Positions 19,764 to 28,614 of a DNA stretch of 64,000 nucleotides are shown here, in pieces; position 1 is the first letter of the stretch; every line of letters begins with the position of its first letter. The position numbers and the translations under genes were made by a program. The DNA comes from Thermodesulfobacteriota bacterium (GTDB lineage: Bacteria > Desulfobacterota_D > UBA1144 > Nemesobacterales > JAJCZQ01), in NCBI GenBank assembly GCA_965215275.1, contig OZ244044.1, positions 1,824,001 through 1,888,000 on the forward strand, written 5' to 3'. The notes under the pieces are model-generated. The model was not told where the DNA came from. It searched no databases and saw only the letters and a list, made by a program, of their open reading frames with translations.

Positions 19764-20487
19764 TTACTTTCGTGCTAAAAAGATCCGTTCTCCCATCATT
19801 GCTCCAAATTTTATGATCTCTTTATCCGAAAGGAATGTCTCTGGTGTAACAGTTTCCACGTGAAATCCAGCATCGCGTATTCTGTCTATGTAATCTTTTC
19901 CGCATAATCGGACATGAAGACATTCACCAAAGGTTTTGAGGCGTTCTTCAGGGTCAGTTATTGATGGGTCCTCAAATGTTTTTTGAGTTAAGATCGGGAC
20001 TAGTATTACAGCCATGCCGTCATCCTTTAATACTCTGTACAGTTCACTTATAGCTTTTTTATCATCCTGAATATGTTCCAGTACATGACTGCAGATGATC
20101 AGATCGAAAGACCGGTCTGGATATCTGATGTTCGTTATATCCATTTCTACCATCACGTCCCGGTCACTTAGACCAGCGGATAAGTATCCTTTACCAAAAT
20201 ATTCCTTTAACTTTTGTGCAAGGCACACGGCTGGTGCGATATCAAGCACTTTGATAGATGGAATGGGGGGGGGGATATGTCTTTAAAAGGAAAAGGTATA
20301 TCAAGCGATGTCTTTCATAGGAACCGCATGTCGGGCATTTAGCATTTTTACGACTGTTAATGCGATTATTAATGGGAAGAAACTCTCTGGACGATCTTTT
20401 GCATACTGGGCAATACATTTCTTTTCCACAATGATAATATATTGCTTTTAGAACACTAATGAAATATGTACGAATAAGGTGAAGCAT
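19764..20487 (-). pseudogene. Class I SAM-dependent methyltransferase with N-terminal Zn ribbon, frameshifted in a C10 tract (possibly phase-off)
   Basis: ORFs 20242-20487 (CPVC, CPTC) and 19764-20249 (DLIICSHVLEHI) join if G10 at 20265-20274 is G9; intact paralog at 61805-62515. Confidence 0.85.
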
Positions 20488-20878
20488 AGCCGTTCATTCA
20501 AAGTGATAATACATGGTGAAAAGGTAACTAAAATACCGATTTAATACAGATAATGGACCATCTGATCAATGATGAGAAAAAAGGATACTATAGCTCAGTT
20601 CTGAATTTTTGCAATCAGGTCATTGCTGATAACGCCGTATGCTACCTCTTCCACAGGTTTTTATAGACCAGTCTTCTTTTAAAGGTATAGATCTGGTCTA
20701 GCATTTCCAGATTACGCCAAAGCTGAATACCTTACGAAGCTGGAAGAGTGCCAGAAGTCCAGTAAATACAATGGTAAGGACCGTAGTTCCAATGTCGTTG
20801 TTGTATTTTGGATTTAATTCAAGGAAAATTTGGAAAAGGGACTGCCAGATCTTATGATGGAAAGTCTCACTTGATATG

Positions 20879-21025
20879 TTACTTTCGTGCTAAAAAGATC
20901 CGTGTTCCCTTAAATATTCCAAATTTTATGATTTTTTATCCGAAAGGAATATATCTGGTATAATAGTTTCTATGTGAAATCTAGCATCGCATATCCTGTC
21001 TATATAATTTTCCCCGCATATCCGA
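20879..21025 (-). pseudogene. 3' fragment of a third methyltransferase copy
   Basis: Reverse complement ends KFGIFKGTRIFLARK*, like the other two copies. Confidence 0.75.
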
Positions 21026-21036
21026 AATTATTTCTT

Positions 21037-21957
21037 ATGATAACAGTAGTAATCTGCACCTATAACAGAAGAAGTTATTTAAAGAAGGCAATAGATAGCA
21101 TTATCAACCAAACCTTTGACCCTGACCTGTATGAACTGATCATAGTTGATAACAACTCTACCGATGGAACAAAAGATTTTGTTTTAAACAATTACAGTCA
21201 CTCCAGAGTAAAGGTAAGGTATTTGCATGAACCAAACCAGGGACTTTCACATTGTCGGAATACGGGTCTTCGGAACGCAAGTTTTGAATATATAGCATAT
21301 ATTGACGATGATGGGATTGCTTATCCTGACTGGCTTGAAAATATGGCAAAAGGGATAAAGAATCAGAATGAGAAATTTGCTGGAATAACAGGTGCGATAT
21401 TTCCTATATGGGAAATTCCACGACCAAGATGGCTTTTAGATTTAGATAGGTTGACTATGTTTTACTCAATATATTACCCTGACAAAAGGACTGTTATTGG
21501 TTACGGTTATGTTTTTGGCGGAAACATGGTGTGGAAAAAAAGTCTTTTAATAGAATGTGGTGGATTTAATACAAAATTAGGAAGAGTAAAAAACAATCTG
21601 ATATCAGGAGAAGAAAGTCTTACTGCTGAGAAAATAGAAAAAAAAGGATATGAATTCATATACGACCCAAAGATGAGAATAAAGCACCATATTCACAAAT
21701 CCAGAATAAGTATAATGTGGTTAATTAAAAGATCTTTCTGGGGAGGTTATTCACGTATCGCAATGGAAAATATAAAAACAAAAAAAAGCATTTTAGCAAA
21801 GTTCATACAATCGTTTAAGGAGATTAAAAAAGCACTTTATAACCTTGGGTCAGTTCCTAAATCCATTATATTTGAACCGAGGTATTATTTTTTGATTAAA
21901 ATAGTTGACGCTGTAGATTCATTAGGAAGACTCTATGCTTTAGTAATAATAAAGTAA
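21037..21957 (+). CDS. Glycosyltransferase family 2
   Basis: ITVVICTYNR, VDNNSTD, YIDDD; start inferred from the paralog at 25176. Confidence 0.9.
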   Translation: MITVVICTYNRRSYLKKAIDSIINQTFDPDLYELIIVDNNSTDGTKDFVLNNYSHSRVKVRYLHEPNQGLSHCRNTGLRNASFEYIAYIDDDGIAYPDWLENMAKGIKNQNEKFAGITGAIFPIWEIPRPRWLLDLDRLTMFYSIYYPDKRTVIGYGYVFGGNMVWKKSLLIECGGFNTKLGRVKNNLISGEESLTAEKIEKKGYEFIYDPKMRIKHHIHKSRISIMWLIKRSFWGGYSRIAMENIKTKKSILAKFIQSFKEIKKALYNLGSVPKSIIFEPRYYFLIKIVDAVDSLGRLYALVIIK

Positions 21958-22012
21958 CCTTGCGTTTTTTCCAGTCAGTAAAAATATATCTATAGGCTTT
22001 GGTTTTATTACC

Positions 22013-22828
22013 TAATTCATTAAGAATAAAGTTGTTAACTTATACAAAAAACTAATTAAATACTTCAGTATTTACGCCCACTCAAAGTGTTTTTCAATAT
22101 GGTTTTAACCAATAATGCAATAAAAATACCCTCTCCCTCAATCCATTATCAGTCTGATTTCTGTTCCTTCATGTTGTAAAGGACTTCCAGTAATATTGTT
22201 TATATCATCGGTAATTAAAACTCAATAAATTGTCCTTTAGTTGTTAAGAGAGTATAAAAAATTTTTGACCTGTTATCCATTAAGACTATCCCTGAAAATA
22301 TATTGAACTTCCAGAAAAAGGGTATTACGATATGTTTTACCAAGGATAAGGATATTGGTCCTTACACAAAAATTATTTCAACCTTAACACTTTATCCCAG
22401 TGCTATAATCATCCCTGATCACATTATCTGCTCAAGATACAGAAATATGGTAAAAGAGAGTGAAAACTAACTTATACCGTATAACCATTAGACACTTAAC
22501 TATTGGCTCGAAAACTGCAAATCAAAAATACATGAAATTAATTTGTTCTTTAATTCCGGGTTCGGAACTTTATTTTCACCCCAAAGCCTGCCAACTGTAA
22601 CTGTAGATGAAAAGATCTTTACAGAATTAAAGTCCCTATGCGGATGATGTCTGGTTAAACGCCATGAGACTATTGAATAACGTCAAAGTTAGTTACATAA
22701 AGACACCGCAGTATATCTATTTATACGGACATAAAAATAATAGTAAAGCACCTGACACTCTACATAGTATAAACATGAACAGAAAGCAAGTGTTTAACAA
22801 ATATAATCTATACGAACGGATAAATTAG
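22013..22828 (+). pseudogene. Decayed copy of the 26118-27032 glycosyltransferase-like gene
   Basis: Collinear nucleotide similarity to 26115-27032, with multiple stops, indels and an internal deletion. Confidence 0.85.
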
Positions 22829-22846
22829 TCTGTTATAGAGTGATTG

Positions 22847-23812
22847 TTATCGATAGCCAAATAATGATCTGTATATTAACTTCTGCAGACCTTCAGGGAG
22901 AAATCTCTTGAACACATTAAACCATACCCAAGACATGATTCTGAATAACAGAAAACTTTGTAATCTTCTATGCTGGACTTCTAAATTATTATATTGGGTT
23001 TTCAAATCTCTATTTTCAACCCACCATCTTCTATTTTGGACTGTAGTACTATTAGTTTTCAGATGTTTTGCGGTCATAACCTTCACCCAATGTTTTTCAT
23101 ATAACTTTCTGTGTTTATTTATAATATAAGCATAATAGATATCTGATTTACTGATATTACTCAAATACAATGAATTTTTATGTACTCTATAGTTAAATAA
23201 ATATTCAGGTATTACTTTTATTTTCCATCCATCTTTAGCTATGTTTATCCAGTGCTCCCAGTCTTCATGATTCTTCAAATTTTCATCATACATCCCCACT
23301 TTAACGGATGCTTCTCGTCTGAAACAGGACGATGGTATTATATAACACCATGTTAATATCCTAACTAAACTCGTATTGCCTTTGCTATAACTACGCTTGT
23401 CAACAATATCTCCAAACATATTAAAAAAAGGAGCTACTATCCCAACATCTTTATAGTTTTCAAACACATTCCTTGCTTTCTCTAAATAGGTCGGTTCCAA
23501 ATAATCATCCCCATCAAGACAACATATATATTCAGAGTCTGCCTTCTTTATACCTTCATTACGAGCTGCTGAAACTCCTCTGTTTTTATCCAGTTTTATT
23601 AAGTGAACATTGTTTGAAATCTCATTCAGAACCTTGATCGTCTCAGGGTCGTCCGAGCGATCATCAACTACTATCAATTGCACGTCCTGCAATGTTTGAC
23701 CAAGTACCGAGTTAATTGCCTTCTTCAGCAATTTCCCTTTATTGTAAGAGGTAATTACTACCGTGAACTCGTATACAGATAAACTTCTTGAATTATAACT
23801 GTTTCGTCCCAT
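22847..23812 (-). CDS. Glycosyltransferase family 2
   Basis: VVITSYN, VDDRSDD, CLDGDD, HEDWE. Confidence 0.9.
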   Translation of the reverse strand: MGRNSYNSRSLSVYEFTVVITSYNKGKLLKKAINSVLGQTLQDVQLIVVDDRSDDPETIKVLNEISNNVHLIKLDKNRGVSAARNEGIKKADSEYICCLDGDDYLEPTYLEKARNVFENYKDVGIVAPFFNMFGDIVDKRSYSKGNTSLVRILTWCYIIPSSCFRREASVKVGMYDENLKNHEDWEHWINIAKDGWKIKVIPEYLFNYRVHKNSLYLSNISKSDIYYAYIINKHRKLYEKHWVKVMTAKHLKTNSTTVQNRRWWVENRDLKTQYNNLEVQHRRLQSFLLFRIMSWVWFNVFKRFLPEGLQKLIYRSLFGYR

Positions 23813-24749
23813 GAGATTTTATAAAAAAATTTTTAACCTTCCTGTGTACCCAGTAAGTTATTAATCTGTCTAAAAATAGGTTAAACTTTACTAAATATCC
23901 TTTATTTATTGGATTACTGTTCATTGTATAACTAAAACTAACTATAGATGGGTACTTCAGAGTTAATATATAAGATAAATGTCTATTCCTCTGTTTCTTT
24001 GATAATATATGTTTTAAATTATTATAGTAATTATGAAATAAAACTAATTCCGGATCATAAAGAAAAGAATCCTTGTCATATCCATAGAACTCAACCATTC
24101 TAAAACACAAAAATGTACCCTCGTGTCCCACCATACCATCCTCAAAACCTCCCACCTCAATAAAATCCTTCCTCTTGAACATTGAGACACATTCAGCATT
24201 TATACAGCAAGGAATAACTTCATCTCCTAAATCATAATGACACGGTTCAATTCTAATCAAACCGGTATGGATCTGTTTTACCTTACCTCTAATTGCCACT
24301 AATTTAGCGTCATTCATCAGAACTTGAACCTTATCAAACGCTATGTCCACGTCTTCAAGATAACCATCGGCATCAACAAAAAAAATAACGGGTGCATTGC
24401 AGTATAAACTCCCTATGTTCCTTCCCGTTCCACATCCCACGTTTTTATTCATAACAATATGCTTTAGGGAATAGGACCGTAACTTCTCTTTAGCTGGTTC
24501 GGATAGACCATTATCAACAACTACTATTTCATACGACCCTGATTTGGCACATGTTATAGAACTCAACGCTCTGAATAATAACTCATCTTCATTATAAACA
24601 ACCAGCAAAAAACTTATCCAGGGCTCTTGGATATCTTGCAAATTATATGAATTAACCTCTTCTATACTATCACTATACTTTTCTATTGAGAGCGGTGGCT
24701 TTTTATGCTCTAATTTTAAATCGAGATAATCCTTGAGGTTGTTTTTCAT
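23793..24749 (-). CDS. Glycosyltransferase family 2
   Basis: LLVVYNE, VVDNG, GRNIG, FVDADG, VGGFED. Confidence 0.88.
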   Translation of the reverse strand: MKNNLKDYLDLKLEHKKPPLSIEKYSDSIEEVNSYNLQDIQEPWISFLLVVYNEDELLFRALSSITCAKSGSYEIVVVDNGLSEPAKEKLRSYSLKHIVMNKNVGCGTGRNIGSLYCNAPVIFFVDADGYLEDVDIAFDKVQVLMNDAKLVAIRGKVKQIHTGLIRIEPCHYDLGDEVIPCCINAECVSMFKRKDFIEVGGFEDGMVGHEGTFLCFRMVEFYGYDKDSFLYDPELVLFHNYYNNLKHILSKKQRNRHLSYILTLKYPSIVSFSYTMNSNPINKGYLVKFNLFLDRLITYWVHRKVKNFFIKSHGTKQL

Positions 24750-24769
24750 TTTAACAAAGTCGGTGTATT
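23949..24769 (-). repeat. 821-bp inverted repeat, apparently identical to 63145-63965
   Basis: Both ends and the internal segments I compared match the reverse complement; constant offset, so no net indel. Confidence 0.9.
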
Positions 24770-24915
24770 GTTCTGCCTAACTGTAAATAGTGATAGTAAT
24801 ATCTGTATCCCAGAACAGTATGCATAATTATATATAAATCCTGAAAAGTACATTATGACGGTACAATTTCTACTTTTCATTTCAATCCCGTGGCAAACAT
24901 GGTGTTTTTAGCTGA

Positions 24916-25140
24916 GAGAACAAAACTTTGTTTCATGGAGACAATTTAGATTTTGTACGAGCAATGAATAGTAATAGTGTAGATATAGTAAAAACAGACA
25001 CACCTTTCAATAAAAGCAAAGACTTTTCTGCTGACAGAGCAGTATGGTTTCTGAAGCAAAGGTTTCAGTATAGATGGTCTTGGGATGACTCTGTTCATGA
25101 AAGGTGGTAAGACAAGACCGCTGATAACTTTTCTATTATG
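24916..25140 (+). pseudogene. N-terminal remnant of an N6/N4 DNA methyltransferase
   Basis: ENKTLFHGDNLDFVRAMNSNSVDIVKTDTPFNK (degenerate DPPF motif IV), internal stop, truncated. Confidence 0.7.
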
Positions 25141-25162
25141 TAAAGTTGCGTATATAGTTCCC
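25138..25162 (-). mobile_element. Orphan IS1595-like terminal repeat
   Basis: ATGTAAAGTTGCGTATATAGTTCCC matches the tnpB-element TIR at 17/25; followed by TAATTTAC. Confidence 0.55.
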
Positions 25163-25175
25163 TAATTTACTTCTT

Positions 25176-26102
25176 ATGATAACAGTAATAATTTGCACCT
25201 ATAACAGAAGAAGTTATTTAAAGAAGGCAATAGATAGTATTATCAACCAAACCTTTGACCCTGACCTGTATGAACTGATCATAGTTGATAACAACTCTAC
25301 CGATGGAACAAAAGATTTTGTTTTAAACAATTACAGTCACTCCAGAGTAAAGGTAAGGTATTTGCATGAACCAAACCAAGGGCTTTCACATTGTAGGAAT
25401 ACGGGACTTCGGAACGCAAGTTTTGAATATATAGCATATATTGACGATGATGGGATTGCTTACTCTGACTGGCTTGAAAATATGGCAAAAGGAATAAAAG
25501 ACCAGAATGAGAAATTTGCTGGAATAACAGGTGCGATATTTCCTATATGGGAAATTCCACGTCCAAGGTGGCTTTTAGATAAGTGGCAGATTGCTATATA
25601 TTACTCAATATATAAACACCGTGACAAAAGAATTGTTATTAGTCGAGGTGTCAAGATAGGTGTTTTTGGCGGAAACATGGTGTGGAAAAAAAGTCTTTTA
25701 ATAGAATGTGGTGGATTTAATACAAAATTAGGAAGAGTAAAAAACAATCTGATATCAGGAGAAGAAAATTTTACTGCTGAGAGAATAAAAAATAAAGGAT
25801 ATGAATTCATATACGACCCGAAAATGAGAATAAAGCACCATATTCACAAATCCAGAATAAATATAAAATGGTTAATTAAAAGAGCTTTCTGGGGAGGTTA
25901 TTCACATATAGCAGCAGAAAATATAAAACAAAGCGTTTTAACAAAGTTCATACGATCGTTCAAGGAGATCATAAGAGCACTTTTTCACATTGGGTCAGTT
26001 CCTGCTATCATTATATTTAAACCAAGATATCATTTCCTGATTAACATAATTAACGCTGTAAATTCATCAGGAAGGATCTATGGTTTGTTGAGAATTAAGT
26101 AA
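25176..26102 (+). CDS. Glycosyltransferase family 2 (paralog of 21037-21957)
   Basis: First ~135 aa nearly identical to the 21037 copy. Confidence 0.92.
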   Translation: MITVIICTYNRRSYLKKAIDSIINQTFDPDLYELIIVDNNSTDGTKDFVLNNYSHSRVKVRYLHEPNQGLSHCRNTGLRNASFEYIAYIDDDGIAYSDWLENMAKGIKDQNEKFAGITGAIFPIWEIPRPRWLLDKWQIAIYYSIYKHRDKRIVISRGVKIGVFGGNMVWKKSLLIECGGFNTKLGRVKNNLISGEENFTAERIKNKGYEFIYDPKMRIKHHIHKSRINIKWLIKRAFWGGYSHIAAENIKQSVLTKFIRSFKEIIRALFHIGSVPAIIIFKPRYHFLINIINAVNSSGRIYGLLRIK

Positions 26103-26117
26103 TCTTGGTTTTAACCT

Positions 26118-27032
26118 ATGTTCATGGAGAATAAAGTTGCTAACTTATTTAAAAGACTAATTAAACACTTTAGTACCTATGTCCACTTAAAGTTTTTAAA
26201 TATGTTTTCAACCAATAAGGCAGTAGCCAATATACCTTCTTCAATCCCACCCATTATTATCAGCCTGACCTCTATCCCTTCACGTTTTAAAGAACTTCCA
26301 ATAGTGCTTGAAAGTTTATGCCATCAGTCAGTAAAACCCGATAAAATTATCCTCTGGCTGTCAAAAGAGTATAAAAATAAAAAGTTTGGTCATTTGTCCA
26401 TGAAAACTATCCCTGAAAATATACTGAACTTTCAGAAAAGGGGTATTACAATACGTTTTACGCAGGACATCGGGCCTTACACAAAAATCATTCCAACCCT
26501 GAAACTTTATCCCAATGCCGTTATCATAACCGTCGATGACGACCTTATGTATAAACCAGACCTGGTAAAGTATTTATATGAAAAACACCGGCAATTACCT
26601 GATCATATTATCTGCTCAAGATACAGAAATATGGTCAAAAAGAATGAAAACGAACTTATACCTTATAACAATTGGGAACTCAACTGCTGGCTTGAAAACT
26701 GCAAATCAAAAATACATGAAACTAATTCGTTCTTTAATTCCGGATTCGGAACTTTATTTCCACCTCAGAGTCTGCCAACTGTAACTGCAGATGAAAAGAT
26801 CTTTACAGAATTAAGTCCCTATGCGGATGATGTTTGGTTAAACGCCATGAGATTACTGAACAACGTCAAGGTCAGTTGCATAAAAAAGCCGCAGTATATC
26901 TATTTATACGGACATAAAAATAATAGCAAAGCACCCGACACTCTACGTAGTATAAACATGAACAGAAAGCAAAACGATATTCAGTTAAAGCAAGTATTTG
27001 ACAGATATGATCTATACGAACGGATAAATTAG
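26118..27032 (+). CDS. Glycosyltransferase-like protein (GT-A fold)
   Basis: IISLTSIPSR, DIGPYTKIIP, ITVDDDLMY, ADDVWLN. Confidence 0.8.
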   Translation: MFMENKVANLFKRLIKHFSTYVHLKFLNMFSTNKAVANIPSSIPPIIISLTSIPSRFKELPIVLESLCHQSVKPDKIILWLSKEYKNKKFGHLSMKTIPENILNFQKRGITIRFTQDIGPYTKIIPTLKLYPNAVIITVDDDLMYKPDLVKYLYEKHRQLPDHIICSRYRNMVKKNENELIPYNNWELNCWLENCKSKIHETNSFFNSGFGTLFPPQSLPTVTADEKIFTELSPYADDVWLNAMRLLNNVKVSCIKKPQYIYLYGHKNNSKAPDTLRSINMNRKQNDIQLKQVFDRYDLYERIN

Positions 27033-27050
27033 TCCGTTATGGAGTGATTG

Positions 27051-27968
27051 TCATCTATAGCTAAATAATAATCTGTATATTAACTTCTGCAGACCTTCAG
27101 GGAGAAATTTCTTGAACACGTTAAGCCATACCCAAGACATGGTCCGGAATAACAGGAAACTTTGTAATCTTCTATGCTGGACTATCAAGTTACTAGTTCG
27201 CCGATGTTTTGCGGTTACGACCTCAACCAAATGTTCTTCATATAACTTTCTGTGTTTATTTATAATATAAGCATAATAGATATCTGCCTTACCAATATTA
27301 CTCAAATGTAATGAATGTCCGTGCACTCTGATATTCACTAAATATTGCGGTATTACTTTTATCTTCCACCCATCTTTAGCTATGTTTATCCAGTGCTCCC
27401 AATCTTCATGATCCCTCAAATTCTCATCATACATACCTACTTTAACGGATGCCTCTCGTCTGAAGCAGGATGGCGATATTATATAAAACCATGTTAATAT
27501 CCTAACTAAACTCGTATCACCCATGCTATGACTACGTTTGCCAGTAATATCTCCAAACACATTATAAAAAGAAGCTACTATTCCGACATCTTTATCATTT
27601 TCAAATACGTTCCTTGCTTTCTCTAAATAGGTCGGTTCCAAATAATCATCCCCGTCAAGACAACATATATATTCAGAATCCGCGTTCCTTATACCTTCAT
27701 TACGAGCTGCTGAAACTCCTCTGTTCTTATCCAGTCTTATTACGTGAACATCTTTTGAGATCTGGTTCAGAACCTTGATCGTTTCAGGGTCGTCCGAGCG
27801 ATCATCAACTACTATAAGTTGCACGTCATGCAACGTTTGACCAAGGACCGAGTTAATTGCCTGCTTCAGCCATCTCCCTTTGTTGTAAGAGGTAATTACT
27901 ACGGTGAACTTAAACCCGTAAGATAGTTTATTTGAATTTGAACCGTTATATTCTTTGACAGCCTTCAT
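27051..27968 (-). CDS. Glycosyltransferase family 2 (paralog of 22847-23812)
   Basis: Same motifs and high identity to the 22847 copy. Confidence 0.9.
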   Translation of the reverse strand: MKAVKEYNGSNSNKLSYGFKFTVVITSYNKGRWLKQAINSVLGQTLHDVQLIVVDDRSDDPETIKVLNQISKDVHVIRLDKNRGVSAARNEGIRNADSEYICCLDGDDYLEPTYLEKARNVFENDKDVGIVASFYNVFGDITGKRSHSMGDTSLVRILTWFYIISPSCFRREASVKVGMYDENLRDHEDWEHWINIAKDGWKIKVIPQYLVNIRVHGHSLHLSNIGKADIYYAYIINKHRKLYEEHLVEVVTAKHRRTSNLIVQHRRLQSFLLFRTMSWVWLNVFKKFLPEGLQKLIYRLLFSYR

Positions 27969-28037
27969 AAGGGATCACCAATCCTCAGAGTCATACACTT
28001 AAACTGTTCTGTAACAAAATTTCCCATCTGAAGATAG

Positions 28038-28062
28038 GAGAATTACATAGTTGATTTGACAA
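28038..28062 (+). mobile_element. Degenerate IS1595-like terminal repeat
   Basis: GAGAATTACATAGTTGATTTGACAA matches the tnpB-element TIR at 18/25. Confidence 0.45.
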
Positions 28063-28614
28063 ATTGTATTGCTCATCAGCTTTTCCAGACCTTGGTTTGT
28101 CGTTTTTACTGCCTGAAAAAATATGAATACACAATCAAATCCTATCCAGTTCATCTCAGGCAAACAGTTTCTGATTATTAATATCTGATCTGTCATAGTG
28201 TGAAATAAAACGTTCAGTCAATTGGTTTTATGATCATCAATATTTAGTGTAATGTACAAATTTGTATTGGCAAAAGTCAAATATGTAATGGCACCTGAAG
28301 CACTCAAAGGAAATTATATGCAGTAGTGGGAACGTCTGTGTTGTGAGTTCTTACGCCGTTTTATTTTATGAGAAGTTTTACATTTAAGACAGACAGTTTT
28401 ACCACACCATCTTATTTATTCAGACCAACCGCCTTGCGTTCAACAGTTTTAACTCGTCTTTTTACTGTCTTTATAATACCTGTAATACAGCTAAAAATAT
28501 AATTATATCAAGCAGTTATGACAGATTTATTTAAAATTATTTTAAAGTTTTATGTATTTTTGTATATAGGTTCCCAATTTAACATACGGTTTTTATCAAC
28601 TATAATATGGGTTA

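Larger units (their letters stand above)
19652..21025 (-). repeat. About 1.3 tandem units of a ~1.1-kb methyltransferase+spacer repeat, inverted relative to 61632-62763
   Basis: GTCGTTGTTGTATTTTGGATTTAATTCAAGGAAA..GGGACTGCCAGATCTT occurs at ~19679 and ~20794, and as the reverse complement at ~62540-62600. Confidence 0.85.

Noticed and set aside
20974..21036. 21-aa N-terminal extension of the GT2 in the ORF track
   Set aside because: This DNA is the antisense of a methyltransferase fragment; the paralog starts at the ATG equivalent to 21037.
25117..25146. dif-like site ACCGCTGATAA-CTTTTCTA-TTATGTAAAGT
   Set aside because: The spacer is 8 bp rather than the 6 bp of chromosomal dif. The left arm is explained by DNA-MTase codons and the right arm by the TIR-like end. 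Revisit only if computed GC skew inflects exactly here.
28577..28606. XerD-arm-like ATTTAACATAC near folC
   Set aside because: Spacing to a XerC arm is one base short, and the sequence is better explained as the folC promoter (TTAACA...TATAAT).
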